A stretch of DNA of 63,747 bases, filler included, from Octopus bimaculoides (lineage: Eukaryota): assembly GCF_001194135.2 (NCBI RefSeq). It is 5 parts of 5 records of this genome, joined end to end, with 100 filler letters (N's around TTAATTAATTAA, not from the genome) between each part and the next. Parts side by side here need not be neighbours in the genome. Positions count along the whole stretch, not along the records: positions 20,015 to 48,925 come from NC_069003.1; positions 49,026 to 56,530 come from NC_068987.1; 3 more parts are not named here. One strand, 5' to 3'. Positions within the stretch are counted from its first letter, which is position 1; every line of letters starts with the position of its first letter. The notes under the pieces were generated by a model. That model worked only from the letters and a program-made list of their open reading frames with translations, made no database searches and was not told the DNA's origin. Of the stretch, positions 37,361-51,371 are shown in pieces. A program made the position numbers and the translations under genes.

Positions 37361-38337
37361 GTGAGCGTAATGGAAAGTCAGTAACAACCCTCATTTTTTT
37401 TTCCCCCACCAAAGATTTTTCGTTGTAAAAACAGAAATCATTCGNNNNNNNNNNNNNNNNNNNNNNNNNNNNNNNNNNNNNNNNNNNNNNNNNNNNNNNN
37501 NNNNNNNNNNNNNNNNNNNNNNNNNNNNNNNNNNNNNNNNNNNNNNNNNNNNNNNNNNNNNNNNNNNNNNNNNNNNNNNNNNNNNNNNNNNNNNNNNNNN
37601 NNNNNNNNNNNNNNNNNNNNNNNNNNNNNNNNNNNNNNNNNNNNNNNNNNNNNNNNNNNNNNNNNNNNNNNNNNNNNNNNNNNNNNNNNNNNNNNNNNNN
37701 NNNNNNNNNNNNNNNNNNNNNNNNNNNNNNNNNNNNNNNNNNNNNNNNNNNNNNNNNNNNNNNNNNNNNNNNNNNNNNNNNNNNNNNNNNNNNNNNNNNN
37801 NNNNNNNNNNNNNNNNNNNNNNNNNNNNNNNNNNNNNNNNNNNNNNNNNNNNNNNNNNNNNNNNNNNNNNNNNNNNNNNNNNNNNNNNNNNNNNNNNNNN
37901 NNNNNNNNNNNNNNNNNNNNNNNNNNNNNNNNNNNNNNNNNNNNNNNNNNNNNNNNNNNNNNNNNNNNNNNNNNNNNNNNNNNNNNNNNNNNNNNNNNNN
38001 NNNNNNNNNNNNNNNNNNNNNNNNNNNNNNNNNNNNNNNNNNNNNNNNNNNNNNNNNNNNNNNNNNNNNNNNNNNNNNNNNNNNNNNNNNNNNNNNNNNN
38101 NNNNNNNNNNNNNNNNNNNNNNNNNNNNNNNNNNNNNNNNNNNNNNNNNNNNNNNNNNNNNNNNNNNNNNNNNNNNNNNNNNNNNNNNNNNNNNNNNNNN
38201 NNNNNNNNNNNNNNNNNNNNNNNNNNNNNNNNNNNNNNNNNNNNNNNNNNNNNNNNNNNNNNNNNNNNNNNNNNNNNNNNNNNNNNNNNNNNNNNNNNNN
38301 NNNNNNNNNNNNNNNNNNNNNNNNNNNNNNNNNNNNN

Positions 38338-38383
<46 letters not shown>

Positions 38384-38734
38384 TCACACATACATAAACT
38401 CACATATATGCGCACACAGACACACACATACATACACACAAAAAAGTGAAGGTGTGTGGTCTTGGGTAGGGGTGATATGCTTGGTATCGAAAGGGCGATG
38501 CGTGTGTCTTTGAGAAAAGCATTTCATTTCCCGTTACTCCAGTCAACTCAGCTGGAAAATGCGTGACAGCAAAGTACTAGTATATAGGCCTCTCTACCTC
38601 CAGCTGTTATACATTCCGGATGTTCTTCTAATTCAAGAGAGGAAGGGGTCCTCTGCTTGTGCTTGTTCGGCAGGGTTCTTGTGCTCGTTCGCGACCACAT
38701 CAGCACCTAAAACAATTTTCGAAATCATAGTGCG

Positions 38735-38799
<65 letters not shown>

Positions 38800-38898
38800 A
38801 TATATATATATATACATACACACATATATATATGCATATATATATATATGCATACATATATGTATATGTATATATAATATATATATATATATATGTAC

Positions 38899-38931
<33 letters not shown>

Positions 38932-38956
38932 TGTGTGTGTGTATGTGTATATATAT

Positions 38957-38989
<33 letters not shown>

Positions 38990-39880
38990 NNNNNNNNNNN
39001 NNNNNNNNNNNNNNNNNNNNNNNNNNNNNNNNNNNNNNNNNNNNNNNNNNNNNNNNNNNNNNNNNNNNNNNNNNNNNNNNNNNNNNNNNNNNNNNNNNNN
39101 NNNNNNNNNNNNNNNNNNNNNNNNNNNNNNNNNNNNNNNNNNNNNNNNNNNNNNNNNNNNNNNNNNNNNNNNNNNNNNNNNNNNNNNNNNNNNNNNNNNN
39201 NNNNNNNNNNNNNNNNNNNNNNNNNNNNNNNNNNNNNNNNNNNNNNNNNNNNNNNNNNNNNNNNNNNNNNNNNNNNNNNNNNNNNNNNNNNNNNNNNNNN
39301 NNNNNNNNNNNNNNNNNNNNNNNNNNNNNNNNNNNNNNNNNNNNNNNNNNNNNNNNNNNNNNNNNNNNNNNNNNNNNNNNNNNNNNNNNNNNNNNNNNNN
39401 NNNNNNNNNNNNNNNNNNNNNNNNNNNNNNNNNNNNNNNNNNNNNNNNNNNNNNNNNNNNNNNNNNNNNNNNNNNNNNNNNNNNNNNNNNNNNNNNNNNN
39501 NNNNNNNNNNNNNNNNNNNNNNNNNNNNNNNNNNNNNNNNNNNNNNNNNNNNNNNNNNNNNNNNNNNNNNNNNNNNNNNNNNNNNNNNNNNNNNNNNNNN
39601 NNNNNNNNNNNNNNNNNNNNNNNNNNNNNNNNNNNNNNNNNNNNNNNNNNNNNNNNNNNNNNNNNNNNNNNNNNNNNNNNNNNNNNNNNNNNNNNNNNNN
39701 NNNNNNNNNNNNNNNNNNNNNNNNNAAACATACATTCATATATGTATGTTTGTGCGCGCATGCGTGGTGTGTTAATACTGAAAATAACACAGATAGAAAC
39801 GCGTATTGCAAAGAACACGTGCATATCGTTTACGCGCATTCATATACATACATACCATAGCTATAAGTCTAAAAATGCTC

Positions 39881-39913
<33 letters not shown>

Positions 39914-40560
39914 ACGATCACATTACACATCCGCAAGTAGGTAATTTACGGACAATTACCTCTTTGTGGTTTTTGTACTAGATTACTTCCAGTCATTCGA
40001 ACTTTGCCATTTACAGCCTCATCTGACACAGAACAAAATATATTCTCCGTTACATCTCGGATTTTCCTTTCCTTCCTCTAAGCCTCTCTTTTCTTCTCTT
40101 TATTTGACATCCTGAAGAAGAGCTTAATTAGAATCGTCAAAGACATTCACATTTTCCTTAATCTTTCGTTGAGAGTAAAACTCATTGCATTTTGCTGTCA
40201 TGTTAACTTCTGTGTGACAGGCAGATGCACACATAAACTTATGCATGCATATGTATACTGACAAATAGACACACACACACAAACTATCATACGTGCACTC
40301 ATTCAAACGAACGCACATGCAATGTATGTACATATGCATACACATATATATATATATATATAAATGCGTATATTATGCACGCATTGCATGTTTATATGCT
40401 TGGAGTTTATAGATACGTATACACACACGCACACACATACACACACACATATATATAAACATATATATATATTTATGTATCTATAATATATATATATATA
40501 TATAATTGGGAATGGATGCGTGGCGTTCAATCAAATAATAATATAAATTATATACATACA

Positions 40561-40627
<67 letters not shown>

Positions 40628-40632
40628 GCGCA

Positions 40633-40674
<42 letters not shown>

Positions 40675-41660
40675 TACATATATGCATACACACATATACG
40701 CGCNNNNNNNNNNNNNNNNNNNNNNNNNNNNNNNNNNNNNNNNNNNNNNNNNNNNNNNNNNNNNNNNNNNNNNNNNNNNNNNNNNNNNNNNNNNNNNNNN
40801 NNNNNNNNNNNNNNNNNNNNNNNNNNNNNNNNNNNNNNNNNNNNNNNNNNNNNNNNNNNNNNNNNNNNNNNNNNNNNNNNNNNNNNNNNNNNNNNNNNNN
40901 NNNNNNNNNNNNNNNNNNNNNNNNNNNNNNNNNNNNNNNNNNNNNNNNNNNNNNNNNNNNNNNNNNNNNNNNNNNNNNNNNNNNNNNNNNNNNNNNNNNN
41001 NNNNNNNNNNNNNNNNNNNNNNNNNNNNNNNNNNNNNNNNNNNNNNNNNNNNNNNNNNNNNNNNNNNNNNNNNNNNNNNNNNNNNNNNNATACATACATA
41101 CATACATACATATATATATATATATACAGTAAAAAGTAAAAGAGTCAAAAGGAAGAGTAAGTACGGTTAGGCAGCCTTTTAATCGCTGCAAATGTTTCGA
41201 TGCATACAGATCCTCGTATATACAGGATTTAAAGCTAAGTTTAAATTAAATTATGGAACGATTTACCTGTATAAGAAGGTCTACATGTATCTCCTCAGGT
41301 GATACTCAGTTGCTGTCTCCGTAAGTAAATTTAGATTTCCATGCTACAACATCCATGGATTTCAGAATTCTAAGGGAGAGGTGTGGGGGAGGGATAGGAA
41401 GAGATGATAAGGCAAGGAGTAAAAGAATGTGAGATATGTGAGTAGGGGTGATATGACAGAGCTGCATTAAAGGATGGGTAGAGAAAAGGTAGAGAAAAGG
41501 TGATACCGAAGTGAGTAGTAAGTTTGGTAGTAAAATTTGTAGAGGGAAGAATACAAGGATGTCAAATTACTATAAATATACGTATGAGATAGGTTAGTGA
41601 TAGGTAGGAATCAAAGAGGAGGAAAGAAGGTATAATGACATACGTACGCATGCACTCACA

Positions 41661-41704
<44 letters not shown>

Positions 41705-42849
41705 CGAATATGTATACATACATATACAAGTACACACACACACACATATATATATTATATTTGCTTATATACACACACGCATGCATCTATGAGAAGATAC
41801 GTTTGATATTGCTAAAGTATAGTCTGTAATATATACGTAAACGATGAGTCTCTGAGTATGTCACATCGTTAGTTCTTCTTCAGCGAAGAAGCTTTTTTCT
41901 CCTGTCTATGAAGTGTGCTTCAAAGAAAACCTTATTCAAATCAATCACAAACTCGTACTTAGCTGAAATAACGAAAGCTCTTTTGCATGCTTGAAATTGG
42001 TCGTTGCTGTGTTAAAATACATAAGAATTAATGGCTTAATGCGTAGCGAGTGTTAGGATATTATGTATATATATATATTTTTATCAATATTTAGCAGAAG
42101 CAACAAAGTGACTCAAGGGACGAGAGTTCCGTGCGTTAGCACTTACCAAACGAATAACAAAAACATTATTATTAAATTAATAATAAAAGCATGTATATAT
42201 ATATATATATATATATATACTCGCTTGAGATCTAGTTTTTGTTGTTTGCATCAACTAACTTATATANNNNNNNNNNNNNNNNNNNNNNNNNNNNNNNNNN
42301 NNNNNNNNNNNNNNNNNNNNNNNNNNNNNNNNNNNNNNNNNNNNNNNNNNNNNNNNNNNNNNNNNNNNNNNNNNNNNNNNNNNNNNNNNNNNNNNNNNNN
42401 NNNNNNNNNNNNNNNNNNNNNNNNNNNNNNNNNNNNNNNNNNNNNNNNNNNNNNNNNNNNNNNNNNNNNNNNNNNNNNCACACAGATATATACATATACA
42501 CATACATACATATATGCATACATATATTGCCATACCTGAGCATAGAAAAACAGTCAAGTTTTTCATAATTGACTAGTTTATGTATCTCATCTCTCTTTTA
42601 TCATTTCCTCTATAACACTTGTTATCACTTCCTCTATAATTCTCTATCTCTCTCTCTATCTGTCTCTCTCTATCTCTCTCTCTCTTTCTGAGAGAACTGT
42701 CTCTATTTCTCCTTTTCTGTTTCCGTCTACCTCTCTCTCTATTCCTGTCTTTCATTCTCCGTCATTTTATATGTCTCCTCGCATACACATATGCAGATAC
42801 ACACGCATAACAAGCACATACACATAACTCACACATATACACGAACACA

Positions 42850-42892
<43 letters not shown>

Positions 42893-43099
42893 TCTCTTAT
42901 ATTCTCAGACCATTTCTATGTTTCTTTCTCTCTCTTTCTCTCTCTTCTATACGGCGCAATAAAATTTCCCATAAAACTAATAGCCAGACATCGTTTTCGA
43001 TGTTATGTTTATTTATTGTTTATTGAACAAAATTGGACGCCAATTTCTTCATGAATGCTGTTGTCACAGCAGAGTCACATCATGGCGAAATAGAGCTAG

Positions 43100-43620
43100 A
43101 AAAAAGCGAGGTGCACAGGATACAAAGCAAAGCGAGGCAATACAATGAAAGGCGAAGCACAATAAGACAAGGGGAGGTAAAGCAAGAACACATCTTCTAT
43201 GTGAGACAAAGAGAGAAAAAGCAAAATAAATGCACAACGAAGTAAGACAAGGGAGAGAAAATAAGAACGTGAGAGGACAAGTGACAAGAATGCGAGAAAA
43301 AATAAAACAGATCAAGACAAGGTAAAGCAAGGAAAATAAAGGAAAGCCAAAGCAAAGCAAAGAAAAAAAAATGAAAGCAAGTCATGGCAAGATAAGGCAA
43401 ATGCATTAAGGCCAAGTCAAAACATAAGGATAATAAGGCAAGGAAAGAGAAAATAAAATGAAAGAGAAAATGAAATAAAGGAAGGTATGCAGGGTAAAGA
43501 AAGGCAAATCGGATTAAGTTATTAGAAGGGAAATAGTAAGGGAAGGCAAGAGAGAGACATAGCAGAGCAAAATAAGGCAGGTTAGATAAGGCAACGATAT
43601 AGGAAGGTATCGATAAGAAG
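43100..43620 (+). repeat. Degenerate pentanucleotide satellite (AAGGC/AAAGC/AAAAT)
   Basis: Direct reading. Confidence 0.8.
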
Positions 43621-43667
43621 TGGGAGAACAAAACAAAAATAAGGCAATAGAAATCAAAACGCATTAC

Positions 43668-43714
<47 letters not shown>

Positions 43715-44624
43715 GAGGAGAAGGAAGAGTGAGAAAGAGGAGGGAGGGAGAGAGAAGGAAAAGGGGGAGATCGAGATAGAGATAGAGGTAGATTGAGAGG
43801 AGTAGGAAAGAGAGATAGAGAGGGAGAGAGAGAGAGAGAGAGAAAGGGGGAGGGAAAGAGGTGGGCGAGAGCGAAGAAGAATAAGAGAAAACAAGCAAAA
43901 CCAACAAACCCATTACAATACTTAACGATCTGTCAAACATCGTTTGTATTAAAACCCGACGTGACATCTTTCAGAGAGTATTTATTTCTCATTCATTCCT
44001 CCCCGCTCCTCCTCCTCCTCCTCCTGAACCCTGAATCATGTGATTGAGAAATAAGCTTTTTACCACACAGCCACACCTGAGCCTACGTCTCTAATCTTTC
44101 CGCTAACTAAACTGCCTTCCAAAGCCATACTAAATATTATAACCAAGCCCTTAAAAATGTGACAATGGTAAAACTATATCATACCTCAATAACACTAAAC
44201 TTAAATAGAATTTGAACTCCCAAAGTTAAAAATGAATAAAATGCAGCTAAGCATTTTACCCGGCATGCTAATATTTCTGCCAGCTCGCCGCCCTAATAGA
44301 AGAAAATACCAACATTAATTTCTTAAAAGTCCCCAAGGCACAGTCGATCACTTGATCGATTCATTGAAGACAACACTATAAAAAAATCGAAGACGACATT
44401 GGCATTATCTGCGAACAGCTGCCCCGCCCCCAAAAAGAAAGATAAAAAGAATGATGATTCTAAAATAAAAATAAAAGAAAAACGGTATTTAAGCTCTAAT
44501 GCATTCGCATTGATAAAAAAAATGCCGAGCTAGGTAATGACCTACTATTAGACACATTACTCAGTGCTGCTAAGTAGGTGACGGATTAAGCCTACAGTCT
44601 AAGTTACACAGCAAACTCCATCCT

Positions 44625-44667
<43 letters not shown>

Positions 44668-44768
44668 GTCAGTCAGTCAGTCTGTCTGTCTATCTGTCTG
44701 TCTACCTGTCTCGATGTGTGTATAAATGTACGTATGTATGCATGTATGTATGTATGTATGTATGTATG

Positions 44769-44803
<35 letters not shown>

Positions 44804-44868
44804 GTATCTATCTATCTATTTACCTGTCTCGATGTGTGTATATATGTATGTATGTATCTATTTATCTC

Positions 44869-44900
<32 letters not shown>

Positions 44901-45344
44901 CTCATTAAAAAGATTTCTTTTTTTTTTAGAGTTGGATAGAATGGACGGGTACTGTTTTATTCCTTTATTCTTTTAAACTCCTATTCTTTTGCTGGTTTCA
45001 TTCATTAGTCTCACTCATTTTGGTCTCTGCTTTTAAGGGTTTAATCGATTATATAGACAGCATTACTGATTCCGGTCACGTACTTCATTATATCGGGATA
45101 TAACGTACACCATACAAATGCAATGTGAATGGACACACGTACACGCGTACACATGCAAGGACAAGCATGGGCACACATACGCACGTACACGTGCACGTAA
45201 ACACGCACACATACTCACATATATATACATAGATATTTATTAGCAATGAAGCCCATGATTGATTGCTTATAAATATGGTTTCTCTACTCCTACTGACATT
45301 TATTCCTCGTTTGAAGTATGGCCTTTCCTGTCCCATATCCGGTA

Positions 45345-45419
<75 letters not shown>

Positions 45420-45861
45420 CGTGCGGCGGGCTTCTGCAGCTTTTGTCTACTGAATTCTACTGAGAAGATATTGGTCAACCCAAGGCAATGTCAGATTCTC
45501 AAGATGTGATACAACGGGATCGAATTCAGACCCACATGGATTGCAAAGCGATATTTTGAGCGACACACTGACTCCTATAGAAGGTATAACATACTTTAAG
45601 TTACTTGCAACTATAATAGACAGCCATGAGCCAATTGCGTGCTCGGAATAGCATGGAAATCTCTGCTGTTATTCTACATTGAATCATATAGCTTGTTATG
45701 TCTCAAGCTTTCTATCACCTACGGATGATCTCTGCTCAACAGCTACTCAACTGTCAGTCCACAGCTACTCAACTCCTACCACGGTCAGACTACCTCTATT
45801 TATATGTCTTGGTCGATCCTACTTCTTCGCTTGGGGGCGTCGACACAACATAGCTCTAGAT

Positions 45862-46123
45862 CACTAGCATTCAACTGGTGTCCATATGGCCCTTGGGGAT
45901 CCAAATCAGACTTCGTTAAAATCCATGTGCGATAAATTGGACATACTTCTTCAATACAACAAATATTTTAACAATGTTTTTATAAAGTTCCTAATAATAT
46001 TTATTTACAAAAATATAATAGGATTTTTTAAAGCATTTTTTACTCGGGTTCGCCTCTATAGCCAACCCGAGTAAAATTGGAATCAAGAGGTTTCCATACA
46101 TAGAAAAAGGTTGAGAACTGTTG
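45862..46123. mobile_element. hAT (Charlie-like) MITE with 8-bp TSD
   Basis: TSD CTCTAGAT/TTCTAGAT (NTCTAGAN preference); right TIR GGTTGAGAACTGTTG; internal 13-bp hairpin at ~46038-46076. Confidence 0.75.
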
Positions 46124-46467
46124 TTCTAGATGAACTGTACCTGAAAATCTGTTAACAAGAAAGGTAAGTTTAATGAGGTCATTCAAGGTTAAATAACAAG
46201 AATAACTGCAACAATAGAATTGCTTTCTGATTTAGAAATAAGGCCAGCAATTCCGAGGGGAGGGGTTAGTCGACACCAGTATTTGACTGGTATTTTATTG
46301 ACTGCGAAAGAATGAAAAGCAAAGATGATCTGAAGTTAAACCATAAAGAGCCGGAAGACGACCACAAGCATTTTCTCCGGTACTCTTACGTTTTTGTCTT
46401 AGTAGCAGCAACAACAGCGGAGGCGGCGGCGGCGGAAGCAGCAGTAGCAGCAGCAATAATAATAATG

Positions 46468-46565
<98 letters not shown>

Positions 46566-47363
46566 NNNNNNNNNNNNNNNNNNNNNNNNNNNNNNNNNNN
46601 NNNNNNNNNNNNNNNNNNNNNNNNNNNNNNNNNNNNNNNNNNNNNNNNNNNNNNNNNNNNNNNNNNNNNNNNNNNNNNNNNNNNNNNNNNNNNNNNNNNN
46701 NNNNNNNNNNNNNNNNNNNNNNNNNNNNNNNNNNNNNNNNNNNNNNNNNNNNNNNNNNNNNNNNNNNNNNNNNNNNNNNNNNNNNNNNNNNNNNNNNNNN
46801 NNNNNNNNNNNNNNNNNNNNNNNNNNNNNNNNNNNNNNNNNNNNNNNNNNNNNNNNNNNNNNNNNNNNNNNNNNNNNNNNNNNNNNNNNNNNNNNNNNNN
46901 NNNNNNNNNNNNNNNNNNNNNNNNNNNNNNNNNNNNNNNNNNNNNNNNNNNNNNNNNNNNNNNNNNNNNNNNNNNNNNNNNNNNNNNNNNNNNNNNNNNN
47001 NNNNNNNNNNNNNNNNNNNNNNNNNNNNNNNNNNNNNNNNNNNNNNNNNNNNNNNNNNNNNNNNNNNNNNNNNNNNNNNNNNNNNNNNNNNNNNNNNNNN
47101 NNNNNNNNNNNNNNNNNNNNNNNNNNNNNNNNNNNNNNNNNNNNNNNNNNNNNNNNNNNNNNNNNNNNNNNNNNNNNNNNNNNNNNNNNNNNNNNNNNNN
47201 NNNNNNNNNNNNNNNNNNNNNNNNNNNNNNNNNNNNNNNNNNNNNNNNNNNNNNNNNNNNNNNNNNNNNNNNNNNNNNNNNNNNNNNNNNNNNNNNNNNN
47301 NNNNNNNNNNNNNNNNNNNNNNNNNNNNNNNNNNNNNNNNNNNNNNNNNNATAATAATAATAA

Positions 47364-47590
47364 TTTTTTTTTATTGCCCACAAGGGGATAAACATAGAGG
47401 GGACAAACAAAGACAGACAAAAGGATTAAGTCGATTACATCGACTCCAATGCGTAACTGGTACTTATTTTACCGACCCCCGAAAGGATGAAAGGCAAAGT
47501 CGACCTCGGCGGAATTTGAACTCAGAACGTACTGGCAGACGAAATGCCGTTAAGTATTTCGCCTGACACGCTAAGGTCTCTGCCAGCTCG
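47364..47590 (-). mobile_element. Full-length SINE family D
   Basis: Reverse complement of 26328-26560. Confidence 0.88.
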
Positions 47591-48199
47591 AGCATCAGCA
47601 TCAAAGACAACAATATTAGCAATAACAACTACAAGAAGAAGTGAATGAGAGAGCATCGACATTGTCATTCGATATACTACAAGCAGCAGTTAAACTGCTT
47701 CACATTACACCCAGCTTACCCAATGTCCTGAAAAAAAAATATGGAAGAATCCACAATCTAACATGCATTCTTATAGACGCACAAATATTAGCAAAATGAC
47801 GGATACGGCTTCAACGTCGTCGGTGTTTCAGGGACTCTCCAAACAACAAGAACAAGCTGTGTATATTTTTTAATATTTCCTGCAAAGAAGACAGTTTTAG
47901 AATACAAAATAAAGTCAATGGTTAAAATGGGAAATAAATGGAATGATTGAGAAAAAAATAAGATAAGCCCTCCACAAGAAAAGTTAATGATAAAGTGGAG
48001 GTTAGCATATTTGATGTAGTAAGTCAGGACATTAATGTATTAAAATGATACCTTGATGATGAAAATAATCATTGTATAAATGATTTATTCAGATAAGAAA
48101 AAATAGTAAAGGGAAGACAACCTTGAAATTTTAATTCATTAAAATTTATTAACTATAGAATGCAATGGGGTGTGAGTCTGATTTTTAGCAGTACAGTGA

Positions 48200-48240
48200 C
48201 AATCACAGACATATTTCGGTCTTGTTAGACCTCGTCAGCG
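48200..48240 (-). ncRNA. Hammerhead core motif (HHR family 5)
   Basis: CG-CUGACGA-GGUCU(AACA)AGACC-GAAAU-AU-GUC^UG: canonical G10.1-C11.1 5-bp helix II, self-pairing AUAUGU and a GUC triplet. Helix I is weak. Confidence 0.55.
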
Positions 48241-49025
48241 AAGGGAAATAGTTGATTAATAAAAGGTTATAATGTGATTATTTATTCTTTTATTCTCATT
48301 TCATGGAGCAAAATAAAGAAAGAAAACAGGAAAATACACAACGGATTGTTTCGTTACAGATTTCAATATATATACGTATGTATGTATGCCTGCATCTATG
48401 TATGCGTCTATGTGTGTATGATTGTACATATGTAAGGGGTATAGCTTTTCTTTCAGACATACATTGAATACATGAATGTGTTCCAGTATTATTTTTACAA
48501 CATGCATTTTTGTCTCATTTGCGTAAGAACTGTTTCAGTATTTTTAACAGTTAATTTCTTAAAAGCGTCATAAACGTTTCCAGACATTCAAAGGTCCAAA
48601 CTTCGAAATAAATTTATGTACGTGCATGTTGGTAGCAACAACTAACAACATCAGTTTATTTATATCAAGGAGGACCAATACAACTGGAATGTGAATTTTG
48701 ACCGTTAGAACTACACATCACACGAGACTCAGACATTAGTCGGACGAAGAATGTATGAAAATCTAGAAACGTTGATGATGCATTTAGAAATTTTACTGTT
48801 TTCAAATAGAAAGGTAAGGAATGAAATTTTTCCAAAGCAATAAAACCTTGATATGAAAGATATAACTAGAAAACAAGAACACTCATCCGTATGTGTACGT
48901 GTTATATATATATTTATTATTTTTTNNNNNNNNNNNNNNNNNNNNNNNNNNNNNNNNNNNNNNNNNNNNTTAATTAATTAANNNNNNNNNNNNNNNNNNN
49001 NNNNNNNNNNNNNNNNNNNNNNNNN

Positions 49026-49606
49026 CTGGGATGAGGTGGTGAGGCATGACCTTCGAACATTGGGCCTCACTGAGGCAATGACTTCTGACCAAGACCTTTG
49101 GAAATATGCTGTGCGTGAGAAGACCCGGCAAGCCAAGTGAGACCTAAATCGAAGGCCTCAGGCAGCCCACTTATACGTACCTTCCTTCATTGGACACTAA
49201 ACTCCACTTGCGAAGACCTGTTGAGGTAAGTGAAATGGAAATCAAATTAAATTCGACGACTAGCACCCATGCCAACATCGTTTCCTTCATTGGAAATGAA
49301 ACTCGGCTTGCGAAGACCTATTGGGGCAAGCGAAAGCGAAACCGTCAATGGCACCTGTGCCCAGCAATGCCTTCCTGGCACTTGTGCCAGATGGCACGTG
49401 TAAAGACATTCGAGTGAGATCGTTGCCAGTGCCGCTGAACTGACTCCTGTGCAGGTTGGCGTTAGGAAGGGCATCCAGCTGTAGAAACTCTGCCAAATCA
49501 GATTGGAGCCTGGTGTAGCCATCTGGTTTCACCAGTCCTCAGTCAAATCATCCAACCCATGCTAGCATGGAAAGCGGATGTTAAACGATGATGATGACGA
49601 TGATGA
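49026..49606 (+). mobile_element. Young RTE LINE 3' end
   Basis: WDEVVRHDLRTLGLTEAMTSDQDLWKYAVREKTRQAK*, then 3' UTR and (GAT)n tail. Confidence 0.88.
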
Positions 49607-51371
49607 TATATATATATATCTCTGTATGTATCACTCTCTCTCTCTGTATCTTATCTATAAAAGGCAGATTTTCTCTGTGTGTATGCATGTTTAAAATTTA
49701 TACATTTAAAATTTATACATTTACACAATTCCAAATTTTGTGGATAAAAAAATCAGAATTAATATTCTAGATACCATAACGTAGGTCATTCCTTCAATCA
49801 AAATAACTACCAATTTCGAAATAAATCGATAAAACTATGAACATAACTATTTTTCCCTCTAATACAATCTAATTCCCTCTTTCTGTTACCATTACAAATC
49901 GTTTCAACTGCTACTTTCTCTTATGAATGTTTACGAACGATCTAAGAAAAAAGACAGAAAGAAAGGAAGGAGAAAGACTGAGAGTCAAATAAACAGACAT
50001 ACTACCAATACTTATGTAACTATGGTTACATATGACCTTGTAATAATTCGACCGTGCGAACCAAAGGAGATGGCGACGTAGACGGAAAAGGTTCCTTTTT
50101 ACCATGTCGCACGGTCGAACACAAAATAACATAATATATAAGATAGAAGGCTCGTCGTGAGAGATACGAGCCATAGTGCCAGTAAAAGAACAGATTAGGA
50201 CAGACAACCGATATATAAGAGAGTNNNNNNNNNNTGCCAGTAAAAGAACAGATTAGGACAGACAACCGATATATAAGAGAGTAAGTTTATTAACATAGTG
50301 AAACTGTTTGTGTCTGTGTGTGCGTACATGCGACATATATAATTAACACAGTAGATAAGTCAGGCCTTCATGTACAAGAGAATGTATACAACAATGTGAA
50401 GTAACGGACAGTCGTATAAGCAATAGTGTGTGTACAATATATGAGAGTACAAGTGTGCGTGTGAATGAGAGGAACACAGAACATAGAAAGAGTGTCTGTA
50501 ACATAGACTACAAGTCTCAAACACTGAGATAGAGAAATACCAGTTCGTATTAGAGTTACACAAGGAGATAGAATTTCATATTCAGGAAGTTGTGGCCAAG
50601 TAGCAGAGCTGTGGTATCACAATATGTGTGTTGAGCATCGAATGCTGTGACCGTTTACCTGATATTCTCGCTGGTTAGTTCTGCCTGTTGCTCGTGGTGG
50701 AAACAATCCACTCAAACAGTGTCGATACAAAACCGAGTGTGTTGATATTGGTGTGTACCTGGTGGTGGGGTTGCTGGTGCACGACATTGTGGTAGACAGT
50801 ACATAGGTGGTGAAGACATCGGCGCTGGAACTGGCTGTAGCTGTGTTCTGTATGTGTGGTCAGCGACCAGACCTGTGAGAGATCTGGAATTGAAGACGAC
50901 TACCGTCGTTGGATCGGGCTTATTTGTAGCTGAAATAGGGCTCACCGGAAACCCAGAAAAACTCTATCTCACGTGACCTTATCACAAAGCCACGATTGGA
51001 CATAATCCACCCTTAGCAAGCAGAACATGGGGACAATTGCCGCGCAAATAAGAACTTATCAGGAGGGTGGGCAGAAGGGTCCAAGGCAGCCGATGGCTAG
51101 ATGTTAGCAGCTTCGTTATCATTTGTGATTGAATGCCCGAGAGAGAGAGAGGTTTCACTACAACCTCATTCTAATTGGTGTGAATTGTATGTTCACTCCC
51201 CATTTCTAACACCGTCCTTCAGCAAGATAACAAAAAAAAAAAATAGCGACACATCTTTTTCAAATGCGATCGACAAACTTTTATTCCCTACAAACTCTGA
51301 GTTTTTTGGAAAATCTTTTTCCACACATTTACTTACTACCATATATATACACAGAGAATACACAAGCTGCA

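Noticed and set aside
38598-38706. Exon-like minus-strand segment ([17 protein letters not shown]...ITAG)
   Set aside because: Weak donor (GTAGAG), and its phase-1 end cannot be joined in frame to the 32951 exon; at most a UTR exon.
40105-40145. CTGAAGAAGAGC..GAATCGTC, possible HHR family 4 relic
   Set aside because: GAAA is broken and helices I and II are unpaired; too decayed to call.
50176-50282. 48-bp direct repeat
   Set aside because: Identical copies on either side of a 10-N gap; an unmerged contig overlap.
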